Below the pieces are notes generated by a model. That model was not told the DNA's origin, made no database searches, and saw nothing but the letters and a program-made list of their open reading frames with translations. Of a DNA stretch of 64,000 nt, positions 1 to 14,060 are shown piece after piece (the first letter of the stretch is position 1; the number at the start of each line of letters is the position of its first letter). Made by a program: the position numbers and the translations under genes. The DNA is from Macrostomum lignano. Lineage: Eukaryota. The stretch is from assembly GCA_002269645.1 (NCBI GenBank), contig NIVC01000763.1, positions 372,001 through 436,000 on the forward strand, written 5' to 3'.

Positions 1-210
1 CCTCATTATCTGAGCAATTCCCATTGAATCCTTCATTATCTGAGCAATTCCCATTGAATCCTTCATTATCTGAGCAATTCCCATTGAATCCCTCATTATC
101 TGAGCAATTCCCATTGAATCCCTCATTATCTGAGCAATTCCCATTGAATCCCTCATTATCTGAGCAATTCCCATTGAATCCCTCATTATCTGAGCAATTC
201 CCATTGAATC
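1..210. repeat. 30-bp minisatellite (CCTCATTATCTGAGCAATTCCCATTGAATC)x7, intronic, ending at the RPS10 acceptor
   Basis: Seven near-identical 30-bp units, followed directly by CAG at 211-213. Confidence 0.95.
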
Positions 211-213
211 CAG

Positions 214-540
214 GTAAGCTCCGTCCGCAATCTGCACGTGATCAAAGCCCTGACCAGTCTGAAGTCGCGCGGATTCGTGCGCGAACAGTTTGCGTGGCGT
301 CACTACTATTGGTTCCTCACTAACGAGGGCATCGAGCATCTGCGCAAAGAATTGCATTTGCCAACTGAATGCGTGCCAACTACTCTAAGTAGGCGCGGCG
401 GCCCCGGTGGCCCCAGAGACGCCGGCGCTCCTGGTGAGGAGGATCAGCGCGGCGGCGGCGGCCGTTCTGGCGGCGGCGGCGGTCAGGCTGAACGATTCGC
501 CTACAGAAAGACCGCCCCTGCCGCTGCACCCGCTCAGTAG
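214..540 (+). CDS. RPS10: 40S ribosomal protein S10, terminal exon (5' exons lie outside the window)
   Basis: After acceptor CAG(213): [50 protein letters not shown], the eS10 signature, then an RG-rich tail with AYR; stop TAG 538-540. Confidence 0.93.
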   Translation, partial: VSSVRNLHVIKALTSLKSRGFVREQFAWRHYYWFLTNEGIEHLRKELHLPTECVPTTLSRRGGPGGPRDAGAPGEEDQRGGGGRSGGGGGQAERFAYRKTAPAAAPAQ

Positions 541-1310
541 CTCATAACTACTCGTAGCTAAGTAGTATCGAGTCTTCAGACTTTATAGTCCATTCGGTGT
601 CATTTCAGCGGTTTCGAAAATATACACCTCAATTGAATGGCTGAATTAATCTGAGGCCACGGTTTGCGATTGCTTGGATCAAAGAAAAACTGTTAATTCA
701 TGCTAATTCGTTATTGCCTTCGCTTCGTTTACTCAGATTGGAGTGTCATTCCCTCCAGATTGGAAAGAAATTCTCCCCAGATTGGAGTGCCATTCCGTCC
801 ATCAAATTGCCATCAGATTCGTCAGGCTGCAGTATCTGCATTACAGTTAGTTAATTCCGATATCCATCAGTTCCATATTCGTTGCTCTCTCATGAACCTT
901 CTTTCTTTTTGTCTCTGCGTCCAAGCAGAGCGAAAGGCGCGGACTGACTGGTCAAAATTATTTACAATATATTAGCTACCGTAGCTAAGCATAGCAGATA
1001 GAAAACTGCGCATAAACACACGCCGATGGCCTGGTGCAGTGTACATCCAGCTGGAATAGAATGTGCATCTGCCTCTAGCCATCTCGCTCTTCACAGCATA
1101 CTGTATAGTTGATATAGGCACTTCGCGTTCTGCACAGAATCTATGCTGTGCCAGCTGCTATTTACTCGGCCTATTATTCCTGCTCTACCCTCCCTATTTG
1201 AGTAATAATGATAGTCATAGAGCTACTTATAAAGCCAGCTCTGGCAGAACAATGAGCTGCATTAGCTAGAGATGTAGTTTTGAGCAACTGGACAGCTCAA
1301 AACTCTGCCA

Positions 1311-4300
1311 ATGCCAGCTCGGTGCTCACAGATATTCGGTCCGGCCGCGAGCCTGGCCCTGCTAGTGCTGATGAAGCTGGCTAACCAATTTGCCACTTTC
1401 AACTACCGGTTATTCAATTTCAACACCTACGAGCTGGTCAATGGTTCTTCCTCGGTAATAAATCAATCTGATCAGTGGCAATCTGCCAGTGTGGAATGCC
1501 GGCTCAAGTCTCCTGATGGTGTTCAACAAGCGTCCGCAGATCAGGTGCAAACGAACTTTATGAGATGGGCCTACACTCTCGCAGCCGTCGGAGGCCTGCT
1601 GTCCAGTGCGACGAGAAATCGTCGGTTGGTTCTGACTCTGGCTGGCTGCGCAATGACCCTGTCAGCGATTGGCGTCTGCATCGTGAGAGCCTTCGGTCTG
1701 GCCTGCAGTTGGGCTGCCTACGTTCTTGCCTGGCTGCCTCATCCCGTCTATATGATCCTGGTCTTGGCGCCTCTGCTCGCAGCCTTTGGCGACTGTCGTT
1801 GCCAGTCGTTTGGACCCGACGGCGGACGAACAGTTGCCCTAGTGTTGTACTATGCTGCAGCATCCAGCACCATCTGGTTCAATATGGGCGTTTGGAAACT
1901 GGCCGACGTTTACATGTACGCTGACTTTAATGCCCGGTGACACCGGATTGTGTGACTGCAGCCTGTGTGACACTGGATTGTGTGACTGCAGCCTGTGTGA
2001 CACTGGATTGTGTGACTGCAGCCTGTGTGACACTGGATTGTGTGACTGCAGCCTGTGTGACACTGGATTGTGTGACTGCAGCCTGTGTGACACTGGATTG
2101 TGTGACTGCAGCCTGTGTGACACTGGATTGTGTGACACCGGATTGTGTGACACTGGATTGTGTGACTGCAGCCTGTGTGACACTGGATTGTGTGACTGCA
2201 GCCTGTGTGACACTGGATTGTGTGACTGCAGCCTGTGTGACACTGGATTGTGACACTGGATTGTGACACTGGATTGTGTGACTGCAGCCTGTGTGACACT
2301 GGATTGTGTGACACCGGATTGTGTGACACTGGATTGTGTGACTGCAGCCTGTGTGACACTGGATTGTGTGACTGCAGCCTGTGTGACACTGGATTGTGAC
2401 ACTGGATTGTGACACTGGATTGTGTGACACTGGATTGTGTCACTTGTAGCCTGTATGACACTGATTGTGTAACATTGGATTGTGTGACTTGTAGCCTGTA
2501 TGACACTGATTGTGTAACACTGGATTGTGTGACTTGTAGCCTGTATGACACTGATTGTGTGACTGCAGCTTGTGTGACACCGGATTGTGTGACACTGCAT
2601 TGCGTGACACTGGATTGTGTGACACCGGAATGTGTGACACTGCATGGATTGTGTGACACCGGATTGTGTGACACCGTATTGTATGACACTGTATGGATTG
2701 TGTGACACCGGATTGTGTGACACCGGATTGTGTGACACTGGATCGTGTGACACTGGATTGCGCGACTCTGGATTGTTTGTCTATATGTGACTGTAACCTG
2801 TGTGACACTGGATTGTGTATCTATATGTGACTGTAACCTGTGTGACACTGGATTGTGTGTCTATATTTAACTGGAACCTGTGTGACTCAGGATTGTGTGT
2901 CTATATGTGACTGTAACCTGTGTGACTCAGGATTGTGTGTCTATATGTGACTGTAAGCTGTGTGACTCAGGATTGTGTGTCTATATGTGACTGTAACCTG
3001 TGTGACTCAGGATTGTGTGTCTATATGTGCCTGTAACCTGTGTGACTCTGGATTGTGTGACTGCAGCTTGAAACACAATGCAAAATTGAAGAAAATTGCC
3101 ACGGATTTCACTACAAAGTGCATCCTGTTCCCTACAGGTACCAGGGCAGCCACGTGTTTGTCGCTGTCGCAGCCATCGTGCTGGGAATCGCCTACCTAAT
3201 TGCTTGCCGCCTGATCTGCCCCTCAGCTGCAGCCGCCTTCCCTCGACGACAGTTCGAACTGCCAACAATGCGGCGCTTGCTGCGCTACTTCCTCATTCTA
3301 TCCGCTTTCACGCTGTTCATACTGCAGCTAAATGATGGGCACATTGTTGGCTACCAAAGAGAGGCTCTGCACTACATGAACCCCAATGCTACTGAAGGGC
3401 TGGGTGGGGCTGTGCTGGCCGCATTCCGCGATTGGAACGTGCCCCGCACGGTGAACATCGTCGGCATGCTGATGTCGTCGGCTTTGGTGGCCGTGATGGC
3501 CGGTTCGAGGCGAATTCGAACGTCTCACATGTTGAGATTGACGTTTCAGGTTAGCAATGGTTACTTCGGTCTTGTAGTGATAAACTGGATTTAAATGAAC
3601 TTGAGACTTTGGTCTGGATAAGGTTTTGTCTGGTTTATAGTTCAGCGTTGTTTGTAAATCGGTTCAGTAATTCTGTCTATGGTTAACAGTAGCTCTGTTA
3701 GGAGATTGTGTCTATGGTAACTGTAGCTCAGCTTGAAGATTGTCTATGGTACCTGTAGCACAGCTTGAAGATTGTGTCTATGGTACCTGTAGCTCAGCTT
3801 GGAGATTGTGTCTATGGTACCTGTAGCTCAGCTTGAAGATTGTGTCTATGGTACCTGTAGCTCAGCTTGGAGATTGTGTCTATGGTACCTGTAGCTCAGA
3901 TTGGAGATTGTGTCTATGGTAACTGTAGCTCAGATTGGAGATTGTGTCTATGGTACCTGTAGCTCAGATTGGAGATTGTGTCTATGGTACCTGTAGCTCA
4001 GATTGGAGATTGTGTTTATGGTAACTGTAGCTCAGCTTGGAGATTGTGTCTATGGTACCTGTAGCTCAGATTGGAGATTGTGTCTATGGTACCTGTAGCT
4101 CAGATTGGAGATTGTGTCTATGGTAACTGTAGCTCAGATTGGAGATTGTGTTTATGGTAACTGTAGCTCAGCTTGGAGATTGTGTCTATGGTACCTGTAG
4201 CTCAGATTGGAGATTGTGTTTATGGTAACTGTAGCTCAGCTTGGAGATTGTGTCTATGGTAACTGTAGCTCCGATTGGAGATTGTCAAAAATTGTCTTAG

Positions 4301-4901
4301 ACATGTATTTAGACTTTTAAAATAGATTTTGTCCCCTCTTTCTCAAAAACAATTTCAGACCAGACTGTTGTTCGGGATCTCTCTCGCAGCTATCATCGCC
4401 GCCTTTGGGCTCGCCAGCGACCTGTGCATACGAGCCATCTCCAGCGATGGTCTGGCGCCGCTGTTGCCTGCTCTGATTTTCTCGTTCGCCGGTTTCGTTG
4501 AAGGCTTCGTAGAAATCTTCGCTATGGTGGCCGCCTACGAACTGGTGCTGGCGATTGCACCAGCCTCACATCGGGACTTTTTAGTTGGCATCGCTCTCAG
4601 CGTCTGGAGCTTCGCGTCGCTGCTCCGTTCGGCTCTTTATAGCGGCATCGTGCCGTTGATAATTTCGCCTGAAGCTGCCAAACAAGACCCGCACGCAAGC
4701 TACTGCCTGAGGCACGCCATCGACCTGCTGCTGTGTGTCAGCTGTCTGGCATACACCCGCCTGGTGTCCCTGCCGCTCGCGGCGCCCCTCATGGCTGAAG
4801 AGCGTGATATTGCTGGCGCATTTGCCGCTATTGGCGAGAACAACACGGATGCTGAAGAGCACGAAGATGCTAACGAAGAGCTCCAACACCTGCTGTCCTA
4901 A
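1311..4901 (+). CDS. Multi-pass MFS-type transporter (SLC46/PCFT-like), 3 exons, about 526 aa
   Basis: Exons 1311-1936, 3138-3549, 4359-4901 join with GT-AG introns and matching phases (2, 0); 1581 nt = 527 codons. About 11-12 hydrophobic helices and an acidic C-tail. The SLC46 subfamily call rests on recalled resemblance only. Confidence 0.7.
1937..3066. repeat. Compound minisatellite filling transporter intron 1 (core 30 bp GTGACACTGGATTGTGTGACTGCAGCCTGT plus shorter and longer variants)
   Basis: Visible tandem units; the ORFs at 1839-2848 are translations of this repeat. Confidence 0.95.
3705..4285. repeat. 34-bp minisatellite filling transporter intron 2
   Basis: Unit TGTCTATGGTACCTGTAGCTCAGATTGGAGATTG, about 17 copies. 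Confidence 0.93.
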
Positions 4902-5988
4902 ATGATTGAGGTTCAGGTCCACCTGTAAACGTGCTGTCGCCGAAGTTGCTGTAATTAGTTTTCATTTGCATTCAGCCTGAGGCTCGGGGCTCACGTAAAG
5001 TGAGAAGACATGCTTTGGGGACTAAAAAGTAACTCTCAGCTGTTCTAGAAATATCATTGGACGTACTTTTCCGTACTTTTATTGACATCGTTTGCCTTTT
5101 TTATGCATTATTTATCCGGAGAATGCATGGGAGCACTATCCGTGGGCTTGAATCACACTGCTGAAAAATAATTCCGTGAGTACTTTCAGTAGCGCTTTGG
5201 TTTCTTTTAGGTTATTACGTGTTTCATTTTTTTTAACTACGAGCGTATTAGCTGCTCAAGAAGCGCCCAAGAAAGGTCGCAAACCTTGTTTGTCACAATT
5301 TTTTTTGTTGTCTTTTTAAACTTTATCACGCTAGACAGTCTCGTGTTTTTGTTATAAATAGCTCGCCAAAGTGAATCATCGATCAATTTCCTAAAAATAG
5401 ATTCATCGAGATTTTATTCAATTAAAACTAACATTTTTGCACTCCAAAATTGTTCAAAAGAAGAAGACTTCGTGTGTTTCTGGAATTTCTCAACTAAGAG
5501 AGGCCTTAGGAATTAATTAGGGATTGGCAAAATTTGTTTTGAACTTTTGAAGATTTGCAGTAGTCACGAGGAGTTGGTTACTGAACTCGGCCTCAACTTC
5601 TAACGCATTTTATCGTACAGTAAATTCTGCCATGCAACTCGTGATCGTATCTTCCTGTAAAGATTGCACAATTAATTTAATACTTATTGCAAGTTGGAAC
5701 TCCTGTGTGAGCACAGAGCAAGTTACAGTGGAAACGAACATCAAGTGCCTGCGAACGCACCGAGTGCGCGGATCAAAATGCGCAATTGTTTACCAGTTTA
5801 CGGTCACTCTCCAACTGCACCATATATAGAGAGTTGTTCGCATTCACCACTCGTAGATAGAATAAAAAAATCACGCAACAAGCATTGCACGTACGTCGGT
5901 TGCAAGGTGCATCGACTCAAAAGCGACTTCCCTGCGCGCGCAATCAATCGCCTGCAGCGATTCAGCTGACTTGTACAAAGTTGTTGGG

Positions 5989-5997
5989 TATATAAAA
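5989..5997 (+). promoter_or_regulatory. TATA box candidate for the orphan ORF
   Basis: TATATAAAA about 90 nt upstream of ATG 6087; CAATCAATC at about 5941. Confidence 0.45.
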
Positions 5998-6086
5998 CTC
6001 ACTCCACCTTTGACTTGGCTTTGCTCACTGTCTACTTCCCAGCTCTCCCTCTTCACAATCTGATAGCTGTCTCTCCTAGCAGCTCA

Positions 6087-6815
6087 ATGGATCCTCGGTC
6101 CAGCTCCGCCAGCGATCTCGTCCGTCTGATCAGCTTCTCCTCTGGCTGCGTCACCACCCCGTCTGACGCTTCACCGCAGGCGTCCATCGCTACGACGACA
6201 GAGACCAGAACGTCAGCCGTCAGCTACATGCATTCAGCCGGCAGCAGCAGCAGCAGCAGCAATCCATCATCTAGACAGTCAACTCTGCGTCGGCAGAGAC
6301 TGAATCCTTCGGTTGTTATTCACCTCCGACACCAGGCCTCAACGGCGGACAGTCTGTGCCGTTCAGAAACCGGCACAAACGAGGTCTCGGTGACGACAAC
6401 TGACTACGAAGGCAGCGGATCGTGCAGCGGCGACAGCGCCCAGATGATCGCCGACTGTCTGCTTCAGGTTCTGCAGCAAGCTGGCGATGGCTTGTCGGAT
6501 AGCGAAGACACAGCGCAGACAATAATGCAGGACTGCTGCGTCTACGCCAACTGCAACTGCACCCTGGGTGCCGCGACCACGCGCGCTGCGGCTGTCGCCC
6601 GGAAATCTGCAGTCGAGCTGGAGAGCAGCAAGCCAAAAATTACCAGCTTCGACAATGACGGCGTCGGGGGTGATAAAACTGCAACTAAAGGCAGTGTAGC
6701 GGCTGTTGAAAATGTGAAATCCTGCGACCGCTATATGATTGATAATAATAGCAAAAAGTCGCCGTCTTCAACTGCTAATAAATCTGGTGGCTGTAAATGC
6801 TGCTGCATTTCCTAA
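6087..6815 (+). CDS. Intronless Ser/Thr-rich orphan protein, 242 aa, with C-terminal Cys cluster and CaaX (GGCKCCCIS)
   Basis: Non-repetitive GC-rich ORF, upstream TATA, AT-rich downstream region with AATAAA near 7250. No family recognised. Confidence 0.7.
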   Translation: MDPRSSSASDLVRLISFSSGCVTTPSDASPQASIATTTETRTSAVSYMHSAGSSSSSSNPSSRQSTLRRQRLNPSVVIHLRHQASTADSLCRSETGTNEVSVTTTDYEGSGSCSGDSAQMIADCLLQVLQQAGDGLSDSEDTAQTIMQDCCVYANCNCTLGAATTRAAAVARKSAVELESSKPKITSFDNDGVGGDKTATKGSVAAVENVKSCDRYMIDNNSKKSPSSTANKSGGCKCCCIS

Positions 6816-8252
6816 TAACCCGAAAATTTCCTGTAAAATATAGCTTGAGCTAAATATTGGTAATCAAATTCTGTTGAATATTTGAAAATGCATTGCATAA
6901 AGCAAAAAAGCAATACATATAATAAGTTATGTAAAATGATCCGGATCCCTTTGTCCTTTCAGTGGTCTTTCAGTGCGGCGATTGTACGCGGAATTTATTA
7001 ATTATTCTAATTTGATTTTCGATTAGTTCGTCTTTTATAGCCGAATGGCCAATTTTCTTTAAATCTTTTTTCTTTGTTGTGTGTTTCACATTTGTTTTCT
7101 TCCTTTTCTTTATATTTTATTTACTTTCTGTTTCTCTTTTGCTGCCACAGATTGTAATTAAATTGCTTTCCAGAACTTTGTGTGCTTACCTTTTAGATGA
7201 TTTTTCTAACTTTATAAACAAAACTTCGAATAATATAATACATTTCTAATAAATAAATGTTTTCTCTTTTTTTGACTTTTCTTTCTTCTGAAGCGATGCT
7301 TCAGGCAATTATCAAATAGTTTCAAGTCTACATGCATATTTCATGTAAAGTTTCAGTTGACTGCAGTAGCTGAATTATATACATGTAACTTTATATTAAA
7401 GTCGCGTACATGAATTTACTAACCACAGAAAGCGTACATACACACAATTTTCTCAATTTGGCTGTTTGTAAGTCAGAGCCACGTCGTTTGGCTGTCTCTG
7501 TTTTGGTAGATCCGCTTTATACTAGCTTCGTACTTGTACATAAACTCTCGGCTCATTCACAAGCACACTGTCCATCAAATGAGCCATCAAATCACACGAC
7601 CAAGTACAAAGGAATCAGAATTTGATGTAAAAGTAATGAGATCACACGATATTTGGCCTTACTTGATGGTGGTGTAGGCGATCCTTAAAGTCGGGGTTCT
7701 AATTGTAACAGGTTATAACCAGTAAATACATGTACTTCTGTGGTCAAATTTGCATGTTGTATATTATTTACCCTGCTTTTGTAGAAAAATAGCAGTGAGT
7801 AATCATTAAAGGAAAAATTGAAGAAATAAGAGCAGTGGCACCTCATTCTTTTTTCCTTACTTTTCGCCTAAATTTCCCTTTTCCGTGTATTTTTCATTAA
7901 ACTTAACTTGGTATTTTTAAGTGGTAGACCTAAAAAAGTAAAATTAGCTGTGCGACACTCAATCATTTTCTCCATCGTAAATATTCAATAAAAATACAAT
8001 ATTGAGAACATTAGTTTCTTATGTTCTATGCTTTTTGACAAAATATTTTTAGTAAATAACTGTACTTTGGTACACGATAATTAAAACATAGTCGTTATTA
8101 CGTTTATACCAATATTTTCCTTGAAGCCCCGGCTTTTCAATTTGGTTGAAAAAACTGAATCAGCACTTTTGTGTGCAACCCTTAGTTGGGGTACGAAATA
8201 ATGATAACATATATTACATTTCAGAAATAAAGACCAAATTGCATTGTTTGGG

Positions 8253-11200
8253 ATGTTTGGAAATAAGATCAGGATGGTTATCGAAGTGATTCTTCGGTTG
8301 GTTTTGCTGTCGCGACTATGTTTTATCAGTGTTTTAGCTGACTTCCCAACTCAAGGTAAACTGATTTTAACATTTCAAGTAAATTGTTTACCTGCTTTGA
8401 GGCGATAATGGATCAAAATAGCCTTTTATTTTGTAACTATTTTTATTTTGCAATAACTTTGAGTAAACATGTAATGTTCTAACCTAAGCTAATATAACAT
8501 TGTTAGGCCAGGGTATTATAGACAATTTTTAGACTAACCTGTGACTATTTTGTAATAAATCTAGATGATTTTGATTTTGAAAAGATTTATCTAATAAATT
8601 CCTATTTATTTAATCGCATTAAAAAACTATTTGCAAATATTATGATTACAAGTATATATGAAAAGTATACTAGGCCCTACATTATATAGTTAAAAGTATT
8701 TATTTATAGCATTATAATGTCTTTAATGTTAGGCTTTATTTGTTTATGCCATCTAAGATTCATTATGATAAATGATAATTTATTCAAATAGAGAATTGTG
8801 TTTTTTACCTAGCCTACTTAGCCTAGCCAATCAATATAATATATATTATTGTTATGGTCTATAGGCAGGGGCGTATCTAGGGGGGGTATGGGAATATATC
8901 CCCCCATTTTTATGATATATAGGAAACAAAAATGATTTTTTTGGAAAAAATGCAATATGCAGCAGCATAGATGTAGAAAAATTGCCAAAATCGGCCTATT
9001 TTACTAGTAGTTACTATTAAAATGTTTTAAATGATTATCTCGGCGAATCTTTAGTTCCTAAAATGTCATATTTAGTACATAAGTCTGCAGGCTTTATTCT
9101 GATTTTAACAAAGTAAAGTTTTTTTAGCCCAATATACACAGTTTTGGTACTTTTTAAATACATATTGTAAGCAAAAAATGCAAAAAAAACTTTTTTATTA
9201 GTCAAAAATTTTGTCCCCAAAAGTTATCCCCCCATTTCAAAATCCTAGATACACCACTGTCTATAGGCATGTTCTATCAAGCTATTTTGAAAGGTGGTTG
9301 CCCCCTCTCTGCCCCCTTAAATTTATCCCTACAGGTGATATTATAATGAGTTGAATTTTTGGCACTCATTAAATTCATATTGAATTTAATTTTTTATGTC
9401 TAAATACTTGTAAGCAGAAAATTAGTATTCAACATTAAACTTTATTTTTTATATCTTAGATTTTTAGCACTTTTTTAAATCAAGATTTGATTGAGATTTG
9501 ATTGAGAAAAGTCACAATCTTAAATATTGATTGCAAGATTGAGATCTTGTCTAACCTCTAATTTTTAGTGAAGCTTGGCAAAAAACATTCGAATATCTCT
9601 AGCTTTGTAAAATCTTACTTTGTAAATTTTACTTTGTAAAATCTATAGAGATAAAATGCAAAGTGCTTAAAAGGCTAATATGGAAGATTTTGTAGGTTCA
9701 ATATCAATAATTAAAGAACTATACTTGCTTGCCTATATCACAAAAATGCAATAGTATATACAGTATTTCCAATAAAAGTTGTCAGCCAATAGACAGGTTG
9801 AAAACTGAGAGTCCATCAGTGTTAAAAGCTATGTAAATTACTTTAAAGGCTATAGTTAATTGAAATAGTCATTTTTCATTTTTTATTGTGAAATTTTTGT
9901 TCCTTTTTTATACCTCATATAATATAGCATGATATCTTAGTAATAAAATATTTTTGTCTCGATGTTTTTTATCACAATTGAATTTAAATTTATTATAATC
10001 TTGTCTGATACTAAAACTTTTTATTTTATTTAGGCTAGGTCTAGTATATAATGATAAGATGATTGACTAACTAGATAAGTAGAATGAATTTTTAACTGTG
10101 TTGCTTTGTTGACTGTATTATTATTTTGAAAGATTTTATATATAAAGTACTGATTCAATAAATCAAACTTCTATAAACACCTGCAGGTTTCTTTCAAACA
10201 AATAAAGTTCTTAGTCTGGCTCTGGATGGCACAAATGAATTCTCATCTGATGTGTTTCCAGCATTGGGGTGAGTCTATTGACTTTTTAGTTTCATCTTTA
10301 CCAATCTCTTTTGCATTAATTTTATTGCAACATATATATACTATTTCAGGCTTGATGAGGGTCAGATTCCAGCTAGTCCAGTTAGATTTGAGCCTCCTTA
10401 TCTGGACTTTAAGGAGCAGTGAGTACATATTTCCCAACTTAAGTGTATCAATACTTATACTGTTAGTTGTTAAACATAGCCATTTCTATTTAATTTTCAC
10501 AGCCCCGTGGGCCAGCCACACCTGGAACAGGTGACGCTGATCAATGGACAAGAGAAGAAACCTGTACAACTTTTGTCTATATCGGCCACTACTCCGCATT
10601 TTCACTGTTCATTCTTTCAGCGAAAGGTTTGTAGAATACAACAGTTGAATCTTACTATCGCATCTAGACACCTCTACTGTCGCATCTAGACACCTCTACT
10701 GTCGCATCTAGACACCTCGACTGTCGCATCTAGACACCCCTACTGTCGCATCTAGACACCCCTACTGTCGCATCTAGACACCCCTACTATCGCATCTAGA
10801 CACCTCGACTGTCGCATCTAGACACTTCTACTGTCACATCTAGACACCCCTACTGTCGCATCTAGACACCCCTACTGTCGCATCTAGACACCCCTACTGT
10901 CGCATCTAGACACCCCTACTGTCGCATCTAGACACCCCTACTGTCGCATCTAGACACCCCTACTGTCGCATCTAGACACCCCTACTATCGCATCTAGACA
11001 CCTCGACTGTCGCATCTAGACACTTCTACTGTCACATCTAGACACCCCTACTGTCGCATCTAGACACCCCTACTGTCGCATCTAGACACCCCTTCTGTCG
11101 CATCTAGACATCCCTACTGTCGCATCTAGACACCCCTACTGTCGCATCTAGACACCCCTACTGTCGCATCTAGACACCCCTACTGTCGCATCTAGACACC

Positions 11201-13508
11201 CCTTCTGTCGCATCTAGACATCCCTACTGTCGCATCTAGACACCCCTACTGTCGCATCTAGACACCCCTTCTGTCGCATCTAGACACCCTACTGTCGCAT
11301 CTAGACACCCCTACTGTCGCATCTAGACACCCTACTGTCGCATCTAGACATCCTACTGTCGCATCTAGACACCTTACCGTCGCATCTAGACACCGCTACT
11401 GTCGCATCTAGACATCCTACTGTCGCATCTAGACACCCCTACTGTCGCATCTAGACATCCTACTGTCGCATCTAGACACCCCTTCTGTCGCATCTAGACA
11501 CCCCTACTGTCGCATCTAGACAACCCTACTGTCGCATCTAGACACAGGCACACCAATTCACCTTCCCAAATGCTTCCCAGGCGGTCCCAGCCGGCGAGAA
11601 CACAACATTTGACGTTGTATTTCTGGCCCGCGAGATGGGCGCCACGGAGAACACGCTGTTCATTCGCACCTCAACTGGCACCTATCGCTATCAGCTGTTC
11701 GCAGTTGGCGTACCCAGTCCCTACAGAGTCCAGCCCTGGCTAGGCGCTCGCATACCCATCAACAGCAGCTTCAGTCCCTATTTACACGTGCATAATCCGC
11801 ACAGCAGTGTCCTGCAGATCACCGAAATGTTCACCAGCGGCCCCGACTTGCACCTGGAATTGCCCAGCAACGGGCCGCCAGCCAATCAGCTGTGGGCGAT
11901 ACCGCCCTACGAGACTCGGACAGTTATGCGACTGCGTTTAGTCGGTCGCGAGCCGGCCAATCATACGGCTTTTGTACAGGTGAAAACTAATAGAAGCGGC
12001 AGGTTCGGCCTGGTGCTGCCTGTAGAAGTGCAGGTGTCCTCTAGGCCGGGTCTGTACGCCACCGTGGATCGGCTGGACTTTGGCCTGCTGCGGACTCTTG
12101 ATAGCGAGAGAACTATCACGCTGCAGGTGAGCTGATCTGTTTCTTTACTTTGTCACGTGTCTTATCCCTCTGATACCCCTCACTTTATACTTCTGTCACA
12201 CCCTTTATCCGTCTGTCACATCTTTTATCCGTGCCACAAACTTTTATCTGTCTGTCACACCCCTTATCCTTCTTTCACACCCCTTAACCGTCTGTCACAC
12301 TTCTTATCCGTCTTTCACGCCCCTTATCCGTCTGTCACACTCTTTATCTGTCACATCCTTATCTTTCTGTCACACCCCTTATCCGTCTGTCACACCCCTT
12401 ATCCGTTTGTTAAACCATTTCTTTGTCTTTCAGGTCGCTCTATTTGTTACACACCCTGTCTGTCACTCACCCCACCGCAGGTGACCAGTCTATTCGCCCA
12501 GCCCTGTCTCGTGTCCAACGTGTCCCTGGACTTCCCTAACGACGCCGTCCGTTTAACCTTTCGGCCCGTCCGCCTGTTGCCCGGCGCGTGGCGTCGGACG
12601 CCCCTAGCCGACGTAACGTTCACCGCCCATCGAGCCGCGGCTCCGCGCCAATGGTCCGGTCACGTGATCATCACCGGCAGCCAAGACGGTTCAGACGGAG
12701 CAACTGGCGAACTACTTCGCGTACCGTATCGGGCCACCGTACTGCAGGGCGCTCTGGTCTACGACGCCAACAGTACAAGATTCCTGCTAGCGGCCTCCAG
12801 CAGCCTCGGCGGCGACTCCAATGGAGCCGGCGTGACCCGGCCAATCAGCATTAGCAACACCTTTGCCCAGCCTGTTGTGATCTTCAACGCCAGCTTGCTG
12901 ACCGGCCTGCCGGACAGTCTGGCCGGCAAGTCTAACGGCGGCACAGCTGACGTCTCGCTGGTGAAATTCCGTCCACCCGTGCTGATCCCGGCCGGTGCCA
13001 CCCTGTCCCCATTCAGCCTGTCCGTGTCGATCAACGCTAAGCCGCGGGTCCTGCAGTTAGCCATCTATTCAAACGCGTCCCACTTTTTAATACCCGTATT
13101 TTTGTACTCGGGCAGCCTGAGCACCGTGCCCAGATGGCCGGAGCAGCGCTTGGATGCGGTGGACTTTGGCTCTATCGGGCCTGGCGACAGGCGCCAGGTT
13201 GAACTGGCCGTGCGCAATGAGAATCCCGTAGAGATTCGACTGTTGAGTATGAAATGCGATCCGCCAGTTGTGCAGGCTCAGCTGATGCGGGTACGCGGGT
13301 CAAACGGTTCCGTGACCGGCACTGCGCCTGAGCTGCCCGTGACTCTGCGACCGTTTCATCAGGTTTGTAGCTTTGTGGATGCAGAATTTTGATTAGCATT
13401 AACTAGCTTAATAACTAGCTCCAGGGGTGTTTTAACTAACTGTTTTATCTGGTTTTAACTAGTTAGTCAGTTAGTTAGTTAGTCAGTCAGTCAGTTAGTT
13501 GGTCAGTC

Positions 13509-13539
<31 letters not shown>

Positions 13540-13602
13540 CAGTCAGTCAGTTAGTTGGTCAGTCAGTTAGTTAGTTAGTTAGTTAGTTAGTCAGTTAGTT
13601 AG

Positions 13603-13651
<49 letters not shown>

Positions 13652-13675
13652 CAGTTAGCTAGTTACTTAGTTAGC

Positions 13676-13707
<32 letters not shown>

Positions 13708-13827
13708 CAGTTAGTTAGTTAATTAGTTATTTAGCTAGTTAGTTAGTTAGTTGGTTAGTAAGTTAGCTAGTTAGTTAGTCAGTTAGTTAGTTAGTTAGTT
13801 AGTTAGTCAGTTAGTTAGTTAGTTAGC

Positions 13828-13864
<37 letters not shown>

Positions 13865-13917
13865 GGTTAGTTAGTTAGTTATTCAGTTAGTTGGTTAGTT
13901 AGTTAGTTAGTTAGTTG

Positions 13918-13969
<52 letters not shown>

Positions 13970-14029
13970 TTTAGCTAGTTATTTAGTTAGTTAGTCAGTT
14001 AGCTAGTTATTTAGTTACTTAGTTAGCTC

Positions 14030-14060
<31 letters not shown>

